Origin: Candidatus Micrarchaeia archaeon
GTDB lineage: Archaea; Micrarchaeota; Micrarchaeia; Micrarchaeales; CABMGC01
Length of the DNA stretch: 14,533 bases
Direction of reading: 5' to 3'
Assembly: GCA_049976845.1 (NCBI GenBank)
Contig: JBMFHL010000016.1
Span: 1-14,533 of the forward strand
Part shown: piece by piece, positions 1 to 7,023 of the stretch
Position numbering within the stretch: position 1 is the first letter of the stretch
How the letters are laid out: each line of letters opens with the position of its first letter
Position numbers and translations under genes: made by a program
The notes under the pieces: generated by a model
The model's input: the letters and a program-made list of their open reading frames with translations, nothing else
Told to the model about the DNA's origin: nothing
Database searches by the model: none

Positions 1-265
1 AAAAAGTTTTAGTTTTTATTATTTTATTTGAATATACCTCTTTACCCGGGCCTTAAAAATGAGAGCAAGAGATCATACAACTTTTATAGTTAATACTGGC
101 TTTGTGCATTTACAGAACGCTTAGTAGAAAGTACACAAACCTCATTAGTGGGAGATTGTCGGTAAACTCCTGCAGCTTCTGATGCCGAAGGCGTCGAGCA
201 TTTTTCTACTTAGAAATCATTAATAATCTTGTTTGAATAAGCATATCATGTGCTTTACAGCTATA

Positions 266-676
266 ATGCGTAGATTCGTGAAGTATAAACATGTAGAACT
301 GCGCTATAAAAATCATGCATTCGACCTGCTTGTAGCCGATACCTTTTATAAGCTGATGCTTGGGCTTATGAAGCTCAAGCGCATAGGCAAAAGCGAAGGC
401 ATGCTTTTTGTGTTTGGCAGAGATGCAAGGCACGGCATATGGATGCTGAACATGCAGTTTGCGATAGACATAATCTGGCTCGACAAGGAGTTCACTGTTG
501 TTGACATAGCTAGCAGTGCCAAGCCTTGTAAATCAGTGTTTAAATGTACAACCTATTTACCAATAAAGGATGCAAGATATGTTGTTGAACTCAATGCAGG
601 GGAAGCAAGAAAAATGGGCTTGAGAACCGGCGCCAAACTGAAAATAAAATCTTTAATTAAAAACCAATATAAATAA
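266..676 (+). CDS. DUF192 family protein
   Basis: Family motifs 'VADT...GLM', 'EGMLFVF', 'IWMLNMQFAIDIIWLD', 'ARYVVELNAG' recognised by eye. The ORF track starts at TTG 233. ATG 266 is preferred because it lies about 26 nt after an AT-rich box (tttgaataa, 232-240); ATG 248 is also possible. Confidence 0.88.
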   Translation: MRRFVKYKHVELRYKNHAFDLLVADTFYKLMLGLMKLKRIGKSEGMLFVFGRDARHGIWMLNMQFAIDIIWLDKEFTVVDIASSAKPCKSVFKCTTYLPIKDARYVVELNAGEARKMGLRTGAKLKIKSLIKNQYK

Positions 677-699
677 TTTGATCAAATAAGAGTATAAAA

Positions 700-2715
700 G
701 TGACAAAGATGCATACGCAGCGCGCAAATATAAGAGGGAGCAAATTATCGGCAAAATCGGCCAATGGCAAATATATAGGCTTCTCTGCAAAGAACATGGA
801 CCTTAATGAGGATCCTTTCAAAGATTTCTATAAATACTCATGCGGCACCTGGATAAAGAGGCACAAATTGCCAAAGGACAAGGCAAGAATAGGCTCATTC
901 AGCGAGCTTGAGGACAAGAACACAATGATATTGCGGCGCATAATAGAATCCTGCATCTCAAATCCATCGAGGTGCGGCAGGCATGGGAAGCTGATAGCAG
1001 ATTTTTATGAGTCGGTCATGGATACAAGAACACTGGACAAGCTGGGGTTCAAGCCCATAGAGGAGATAATCGAGAAAATAAACTCTATGCGCGAAATCCG
1101 AGAGCTGCCTAAACTTATAGCTTATCTTTTCAGGAGCAATGTTTACCCTTTTTTTGTATTATACTCGGTTGAAGATGACAAGAATAGCTCGATATATTCT
1201 CTTAACATAGATCAAGGAGGCATTGCCCTGCCAAACAAGGATTACTATCTCAAAAGCGCCTTCTCAAGCATAAGGAAGAAGTACACCGAGCACGTGAAGA
1301 AAGTGTTCGCATTGTATGGCTTAACAGAGAGTTCAGCTGCTGCCAGTTCGTCCTTGGTATTGGCAATTGAAACGGAGCTTGCAAAGGCTTCAAGATCACG
1401 GGCGGAGCTGCGCGACGCAGTCAAGAACTACAATAAGCTGAGCATGAGCGAGCTGAGGGAAAGGTATAAGTCCATAGGTATTTGCGAAATAGCTAGCGAG
1501 CTGGGCGCAAATGCAAGCTATGCAATAGTGGGCCAGCCAGAATTCTTAGATTTTGTTGACAAGTTTGTCTCTGAAAAAGAGCTCAGCAGCATAAAAACAT
1601 ATTTGAAGTGGCAGGTGCTGAACAGCGCGGCTTCAAAATTGCACAGGGGGATGAGGGAAGAGCACTTCAACTTCTTCGGAAAGGCGCTTGAGGGCATGAA
1701 GAAGGAGGAGCCTAGATGGAAAATGGCAATAGATACTATAAGCGACTATATAGGGGAGGCACTTGGCGAGCTCTATGTCAAAGAGAACTTTGACAATGAG
1801 AAGATGAAAAAAGCCGCAAGCCTTGTGCACGATATAAAAGCATCATTCCGCGAGAGGATAAAAACCCTTAATTGGATGAGCAGCATAACAAAGGCGAGAG
1901 CGCTGAAAAAGTTCGATTCAATGCAGACAAAGCTCGGTTATCCTGCAAGGTTCAGGGACTATACCGCAATAAAGTCAAACAGCAAAGACCTTTTCGGAAA
2001 CACAATCAGAGCGGCTCGTTTCGAGCTCGAAAGGGAGATGAAAAGGGTAGGCAAAAAAGTTGATAAAGGGGAATGGGAAATGAATGTTTTCGAGGCGAAT
2101 GCTTACTATGATCCTTCGAAAAACGAAATAGTGCTGCCTGCAGGAATCTTCAATGCGCCGTTCTTTGACACAAGCAAGGACGATGCAGTCAACTACGGGG
2201 CAATAGGTGCAATAATAGGGCATGAGCTCACGCACGGCTATGATGACCAAGGCCGCCTATACGATGAAAATGGGGATTTGAAAGACTGGTGGACAAGCCG
2301 TGACAGGAAAAGGTTCAAAATGCATGCAAGCAAAATTGCAAACTTGTACAGCTCGTTTGAGGTGCTTCCAGGAGTAAAGGAAAATGGCATATTAACACTC
2401 GGCGAAAGCATAGCCGATCTCGGCGGCTTTAGGATAGCCTATGATGCTCTGCATCTGGCATCCAGGAGCAATAAACAAGGGCGCATTGACAACTTTACGC
2501 AGGAGCAGAGATTTTTTATTGCATTCTCCCAGATGTGGAAGGCAAGCGAGACAAAGAACGAGGAGAAACTTTCAGTCTCTACAGATCCTCACCCAATCGA
2601 GAGGCTAAGGGGCACAATACCTCCAATAACGCATCCAGAATTTGAAAAGCTGTTCAGGGAAAAGAGCAAGCTTGACAAGCCCAAGCTTAGATTTCCAAAC
2701 ATAGAGATATGGTAA
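700..2715 (+). CDS. M13 family zinc metalloendopeptidase (PepO/neprilysin-like)
   Basis: N-terminal 'P..DFYKYSCGTW', 'NAYY', zinc motif HELTH (2221-2235) followed by 'GYDDQGR', third ligand in 'GESIADLGG', 'DPH' and terminal 'IW'. The start could be GTG 700 or ATG 709. Confidence 0.95.
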   Translation: MTKMHTQRANIRGSKLSAKSANGKYIGFSAKNMDLNEDPFKDFYKYSCGTWIKRHKLPKDKARIGSFSELEDKNTMILRRIIESCISNPSRCGRHGKLIADFYESVMDTRTLDKLGFKPIEEIIEKINSMREIRELPKLIAYLFRSNVYPFFVLYSVEDDKNSSIYSLNIDQGGIALPNKDYYLKSAFSSIRKKYTEHVKKVFALYGLTESSAAASSSLVLAIETELAKASRSRAELRDAVKNYNKLSMSELRERYKSIGICEIASELGANASYAIVGQPEFLDFVDKFVSEKELSSIKTYLKWQVLNSAASKLHRGMREEHFNFFGKALEGMKKEEPRWKMAIDTISDYIGEALGELYVKENFDNEKMKKAASLVHDIKASFRERIKTLNWMSSITKARALKKFDSMQTKLGYPARFRDYTAIKSNSKDLFGNTIRAARFELEREMKRVGKKVDKGEWEMNVFEANAYYDPSKNEIVLPAGIFNAPFFDTSKDDAVNYGAIGAIIGHELTHGYDDQGRLYDENGDLKDWWTSRDRKRFKMHASKIANLYSSFEVLPGVKENGILTLGESIADLGGFRIAYDALHLASRSNKQGRIDNFTQEQRFFIAFSQMWKASETKNEEKLSVSTDPHPIERLRGTIPPITHPEFEKLFREKSKLDKPKLRFPNIEIW

Positions 2716-2732
2716 AATACCCTGCAAACGAA

Positions 2733-3554
2733 TCAAAGGTCAAAGCCTTTCTTCCTAAGAAAATCCCATATTGTTTCATTTCCACATATCCTATAATATT
2801 CTTCCATAAGTGGCAGCATCTTTTTCGACAATTGCGCCGATAAAGGTCTCAGCAGTATCTGCTGTTTACTATGGCCTTCTATGTCTATTTCATGTCCAAG
2901 GATTCCTATTTTCTCATCAAGCATCCCATAAGGACAGAAATAGTCCATCAGCGTTTCTTCAAACACTGGGTCAATACCCTGCATTTTTTCCCTCATCCCA
3001 TTCCTGCGCATTAAATAATGAAGAGTCTCATGCAGCAATACCCCAATATCTCGAGTCTCGTATTTTTCAATGCTTACGGCAACCAGCGGAGGATCGTCTG
3101 AAATAAATACCCCTTGGCCAAACCAAGGAGACATATCCAATATTACATCCAACCTATCTGGCAATTTAAATCCAAATATCTTCTCTATCCAAGTTGAAAT
3201 AGCATTGCTAAATTTTGCATAATCCTCGATCAATTTATTCTTGGCAGCTTCAACCAATTCTGTACTGGTGGTGATGCTCTGTATGTCTATGCTCTCCAGT
3301 AAATCTTTAAAATCTTTTGAATATTCATCATCTCTAGATATATTTCTATCAAGCAATGAGAGCAGCAAAGCAGATTCCACGCCTCTTCTGTCCTGCCCAT
3401 AAATCATATCGGATATCTGTGCAGCCCTATAGAAATTTGGAGTAAAGAAATCTGCAAATTTAAACAAATTCTTTGTTGGCTCTCTAGGAGAAGACATGTA
3501 GTGGATGCGCAAAAACTTCCTGATTAAGGGGTTTGTATTTACAATTATTTCCAT
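2733..3554 (-). CDS. Hypothetical protein with HEXXH motif (possible gluzincin-like metallopeptidase)
   Basis: Long ORF with 'LLHETLHYLM' (HETLH at 3018-3032) and 'FEETLMDY' about 20 residues later. ATG 3554 is preferred over TTG 3560 because of TATA-box spacing. Confidence 0.7.
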   Translation of the reverse strand: MEIIVNTNPLIRKFLRIHYMSSPREPTKNLFKFADFFTPNFYRAAQISDMIYGQDRRGVESALLLSLLDRNISRDDEYSKDFKDLLESIDIQSITTSTELVEAAKNKLIEDYAKFSNAISTWIEKIFGFKLPDRLDVILDMSPWFGQGVFISDDPPLVAVSIEKYETRDIGVLLHETLHYLMRRNGMREKMQGIDPVFEETLMDYFCPYGMLDEKIGILGHEIDIEGHSKQQILLRPLSAQLSKKMLPLMEEYYRICGNETIWDFLRKKGFDL

Positions 3555-3573
3555 AATCAAACTATGAAATTAA

Positions 3574-3581
3574 GATTTAAA
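3574..3581 (-). promoter_or_regulatory. TATA box (TTTAAATC) for the 3554 gene
   Basis: Archaeal TATA-like octamer ending about 20 nt upstream of the ATG, consistent with a leaderless transcript. Confidence 0.55.
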
Positions 3582-3669
3582 TATGTGTAGCTTCAGCAGG
3601 ATATCCTCTTAGAAGTTAGCTTTTTATTTTTTAATATTCTTAATCCAAAATATCAATAATGCTGGTTAT

Positions 3670-4044
3670 ATGGAGAGAGCAGAAACGTTTGGATATGTTT
3701 TTATTGCGATAGGCTTAATCCTGCTTTTGTTCAGTTTCTACGTTGCATATAATCTGTATCAAAATGTGTTGGCTAGTGCAATGTCCTCTGGCTCAAGCTC
3801 TAGCCTAGGCGGTTCCGCTGCAGCTATAGAGACAATTTTCGGCCTGCTCGCAGAAGTTGGGTTCCAAGGCTTCCTTATGCTGATAATAGCTATAATTGTG
3901 CTTCTTGTAATGATAAGCATTGGCGGAAGGATTATTGTATACGGAATGAGATTACTGCATGCAAATGAAGCTGCTGTTGTAGAAGCCAAGGAAACGAAGG
4001 AATTGACACAAAGGCGGGAGAAAGCAAAGCAGGATCTTAAGTAA
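3670..4044 (+). CDS. Small membrane protein (2 predicted TM helices, Ser/Gly-rich loop, charged C-terminal tail)
   Basis: Two long hydrophobic segments separated by 'SSGSSSSLGGSAAA'. ATG start after an AT-rich upstream region. Confidence 0.8.
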   Translation: MERAETFGYVFIAIGLILLLFSFYVAYNLYQNVLASAMSSGSSSSLGGSAAAIETIFGLLAEVGFQGFLMLIIAIIVLLVMISIGGRIIVYGMRLLHANEAAVVEAKETKELTQRREKAKQDLK

Positions 4045-4108
4045 AGCAAACAACTGCAATTGAACGGAAGCAAAAATTATAGCTGTTTCTGCAAATAGGT
4101 TCTATATC

Positions 4109-4639
4109 TCAGTGCTGAACCGCATCTATGGGTTGCTGCCGCAAAGAGCTTTTTAAGAAATGCTTTTCCTGGGTCATCTTTCCAAGACTCAGCGCCTCAA
4201 CCTTCAAAAAAACGAAGATGCGCAAAGCGTCCTCGAAATTTACCTCTTTGCCAAACGCCCCTTTTATGCCATCGAGTATTGTAATTAGCATGCGCCTGTC
4301 GCTGTCAAATTCAGATTTTAATTTAGCCGCTTCGTTTGCCGTAATCAGCGCTTTCTCCACCTCTCTGTACGCAATCTTCTTGAGCTCCTCTTCATTTCTT
4401 GTTGAGAAATTCCAGGCCGAAGCAACCTTGTAAATGCTGTGCGTTGCCGCTTCAATCTCAAAATTATCCAAAGCAATGTTAAATTTTCTCCCAGATTTAG
4501 AAATTAGTATGTCTTCAAATGCCACCAAAGCCATTAGTAGAGGATTGAGCATCTCCTGTGCTTTCAAATCTCCCTTCTCTGTTATAATATAATTTTCTAT
4601 GTGATTTGTATGCTGCTGCATACGGTCCAAGTGCCACAT
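4109..4639 (-). CDS. Hypothetical protein, likely all-helical
   Basis: 176-aa ORF with normal K/E/I/L-rich composition and a TTTAAATA box at 4671-4678 upstream. No family recognised. ATG 4621 is an alternative start. Confidence 0.65.
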   Translation of the reverse strand: MWHLDRMQQHTNHIENYIITEKGDLKAQEMLNPLLMALVAFEDILISKSGRKFNIALDNFEIEAATHSIYKVASAWNFSTRNEEELKKIAYREVEKALITANEAAKLKSEFDSDRRMLITILDGIKGAFGKEVNFEDALRIFVFLKVEALSLGKMTQEKHFLKSSLRQQPIDAVQH

Positions 4640-4778
4640 GCATTACACAATATTGCATTCCCAATCATGATATTTAAATGTTTATCCAGATCTGTCTAAG
4701 TTAATATTTAAATTTCAATTGTTGGTCTGCAAGCAGCGCGGCAAAATCAGAATGCTGCAATTCACAATGCAAACATGA

Positions 4779-4866
4779 AGCCCCTGGCGAGAATTGAACT
4801 CGCGACCTACTGCTTTGTGATATAAAATATTACCATGCAGTCGCTCTACCACTGAGCTACGGGGGC
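4779..4866 (-). tRNA. tRNA-Thr(GGU) with a 16-nt intron at 37/38
   Basis: Reverse complement reads GCCCCCG TA GCTC AGTGGTA GAGC G ACTGC ATGGTA [ATATTTTATATCACAA] A GCAGT AGGTC GCGAG TTCAATT CTCGC CAGGGGC T. Full cloverleaf, anticodon GGT, U73 discriminator, CCA not encoded. Confidence 0.96.
4815..4830 (-). other. tRNA intron (bulge-helix-bulge type)
   Basis: ATATTTTATATCACAA between A37 and A38. Exon AUGG(32-35) pairs with intron UCAC (one A-C mismatch). Two 3-nt bulges and an inner TAT/ATA helix. Confidence 0.9.
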
Positions 4867-4879
4867 ACCGCCATGAATT

Positions 4880-5134
4880 TCAGAGTGCTTTGAATACCTT
4901 GTCTCCTTCCCTTACCTTCTGCTCGACCTTCAAGCCTATATCCTCTCCTGCTCCTGCCTCATCTACATTTATATGTTCTATCTGTATACTTGAAACTTTC
5001 TGTTGGAAGTTTGTGGAGTTGCCTTCTATTGATATTACGTCTCCAATCTTGAGCCTGCCCGAAAGCCTAACTATTGCCACGCCTATCTTGTCAAAATAGT
5101 GCGTGATCTCTCCTACCTGCGTCTTTTCTTCCAT
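4880..5134 (-). CDS. Stand-alone translation-factor-like beta-barrel (EF-Tu domain II-like / U32 peptidase C-terminal-like)
   Basis: Pattern 'VGEITHYFDKIGVA...LKIGD.I.I.G...QKVSSIQIEH..VDEA.AGEDIGLKV...VREGDKVF' in an 84-aa ORF. Confidence 0.82.
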   Translation of the reverse strand: MEEKTQVGEITHYFDKIGVAIVRLSGRLKIGDVISIEGNSTNFQQKVSSIQIEHINVDEAGAGEDIGLKVEQKVREGDKVFKAL

Positions 5135-5202
5135 GATGAGGATTAAGAAGAATAAATTAATAGAATTTTTGCTGTTTTACTGGCAGATTTTTCAAAAACA
5201 CT

Positions 5203-6336
5203 TCACTTTCCTAGCAGGGACATAAGTTTCATGTAAAATTGGGGCGCCATGTCTGCAGAGAATTCCCTAAGTGCAATGCCCTTTATGCTGCGCGCTTTTT
5301 CCTCGTACTTGCTGTAATTCCTGAGCACCTCCTTTATGCTTTTGACAAGATTTCTCTCGTCAATCTTTATGCAGAGCCTCTTGACCTCTTTAGGCAGTAT
5401 GGTCGATTTTACCACAAAAACGGGGGTTCCAAGCACCATCGCCTCTATTGTAACTATGGAAAGGCCTTCACGCGCAGAGAACATGAGCAAGCCCTTAGAC
5501 TCCATTATAATCCTGAAGAGTGCCCGCCTTCCAACTCTCTGCCTGAAAACTATCTTGCGTTCAAGGCCTAGCTCCTTTGCGAGCTCTTTCAAATTATTCT
5601 CCTCAGGCCCGCTTCCTACGACTGTTAGCCCAGCCCCGCTCTTGTCAATTGCCATTATCGACATGTCTATTCTCTTTTCTGGAACCAACCTGCCTATGGT
5701 TAAGAATGAATTTTTCCTCTTCGGCTTTTTGACATGCATCTCATCAGAAGAGATTGCGGCAGGGAATGCCAATACGCTGCTTGCAGAAACGCCAAACTCC
5801 TTAACAAGGCGCCTTTTTGTTTCTTCTGAATTTGCTATATAAATTTTAGTAAGCCTGCTTGACAGGCGCTCTGCAAAATAGCCGAATACCCACAAGAAAG
5901 GCCCAAGGTACCTTTTCCAGTACTCCTTTGTCCACACCTCGTGCCATGTAACCACAAACTTGGCATGCGTAAAAAACGCATATATTGAGATAAATGGTAT
6001 ATGCAGGAATGGAAAGGCGTCCGCATCTATAAGGTCAAACCTGTATCTAAAGAGCTTGAAGAACGATATGACAGCATATTTTATCGGCCACGAGATATTC
6101 CTCCTGCCATGGATATACATCTTCTCCTTGGGCATTGCGATTCCGCAGCAGTGATACTTGATGCCTTTGTAAACAAATTCCTTGCTTGGCATGCCCTCCC
6201 TGAGCATTGTGAAGCAGTGCACATCGTTCCCAGCATCAGCCAATTTCTTCATAATGTGGAAGCGCCTTACCTCTACACCGCCATTGAACCAGGGGAATGC
6301 ATTGTCATACGCAAATGCAATGCGGAGTTTCTCCAT
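5203..6336 (-). CDS. Glycosyltransferase family 4 (GT-B fold)
   Basis: 'GGVE' N-terminal loop, 'VVTWHE', 'IGRLVPEKRID', 'VVGSGPE', and the EX7E motif 'REGLSIVTIEAMVLGTP'. ATG 6336 is supported by TATA spacing. Confidence 0.93.
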   Translation of the reverse strand: MEKLRIAFAYDNAFPWFNGGVEVRRFHIMKKLADAGNDVHCFTMLREGMPSKEFVYKGIKYHCCGIAMPKEKMYIHGRRNISWPIKYAVISFFKLFRYRFDLIDADAFPFLHIPFISIYAFFTHAKFVVTWHEVWTKEYWKRYLGPFLWVFGYFAERLSSRLTKIYIANSEETKRRLVKEFGVSASSVLAFPAAISSDEMHVKKPKRKNSFLTIGRLVPEKRIDMSIMAIDKSGAGLTVVGSGPEENNLKELAKELGLERKIVFRQRVGRRALFRIIMESKGLLMFSAREGLSIVTIEAMVLGTPVFVVKSTILPKEVKRLCIKIDERNLVKSIKEVLRNYSKYEEKARSIKGIALREFSADMAPQFYMKLMSLLGK

Positions 6337-6357
6337 GAAATAAATTTGCAATGTCAG

Positions 6358-6365
6358 ATTTAAAA
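6358..6365 (-). promoter_or_regulatory. TATA box (TTTTAAAT) for the GT4 gene
   Basis: Ends about 22 nt upstream of ATG 6336 and is preceded by a purine-rich BRE-like stretch. Confidence 0.55.
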
Positions 6366-6548
6366 CCCTTCCCAGTGTGACAAGAGATTCTCAATCCATT
6401 TTAGCATTGCAAAGCAAAGGCTGCAGTTGAGATATGTTATAAGCAGTTTTATTAGGGATTAGACAAATGTCAAAGCATATATGCAAAGTGAGCGTATGCT
6501 TTGGATAGATTTAAAAATATAACCTCTCATTTATACAATGTGATTGAA

Positions 6549-6908
6549 ATGGCAAAGCAAACAACAAACTGGGGAATTTTTGCCTTGGAATTCATAGGAA
6601 GCCTCTTCTTTCTTGCAGTAGTCTTTACGAACACAGGGGCATACATGAACAATGCATGGGGCTCGGCGGCGCTTTGGCTTCCACTGCTTTATGCAGTAGG
6701 CGTGGTAGGCGCAATAGCACTCTTCTTCATAAGCTTTGGCAGCCTCATGGGCATGGGAGATAAAGCGGCATACGGAGCGATGAAAGCGACAGTGTGCACA
6801 GGCATAGTATTGTCGGCACTGACCTACGGCAACACGGTGTACTTTGCAGCAACGCTAATAGGGTTCATAATAGCCTTCATAGGCAGCGGTCTTGCATACA
6901 AGAAATAA
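6549..6908 (+). CDS. Small integral membrane protein (about 4 TM helices)
   Basis: Four hydrophobic Gly/Ala-rich segments. ATG 6549 is preceded by SD-like GTGAT and by TTTAAAAA at 6510-6517. Confidence 0.82.
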   Translation: MAKQTTNWGIFALEFIGSLFFLAVVFTNTGAYMNNAWGSAALWLPLLYAVGVVGAIALFFISFGSLMGMGDKAAYGAMKATVCTGIVLSALTYGNTVYFAATLIGFIIAFIGSGLAYKK

Positions 6909-6935
6909 AACATAGCAAAATCTATTGGGTTTCGC

Positions 6936-6970
6936 GGGTGGCACATTTCTAAAATGCGCCATCCTTTTTT
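6936..6970 (+). terminator. Hairpin plus T-tract terminator between convergent genes
   Basis: gggtggcacattt-cta-aaatgcgccatcc forms a 13-bp stem with one mismatch and one G-U. It is followed by tttttt and starts 27 nt after the 6908 stop. Confidence 0.7.
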
Positions 6971-7023
6971 CTATTTAACATTAATTTTCTGGCAGCGCTG
7001 CTTATACCCAGCGAATTTGTTAT

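Noticed and set aside
59..124. 21-codon ORF as a leader peptide
   Set aside because: Too short, with no informative codon bias or SD, so it cannot be supported from sequence.
4836..4836. Purine A32 in tRNA-Thr(GGU) as a sign of a pseudogene
   Set aside because: A32 occurs in other Thr(GGU) tRNAs, and all other conserved positions are intact.
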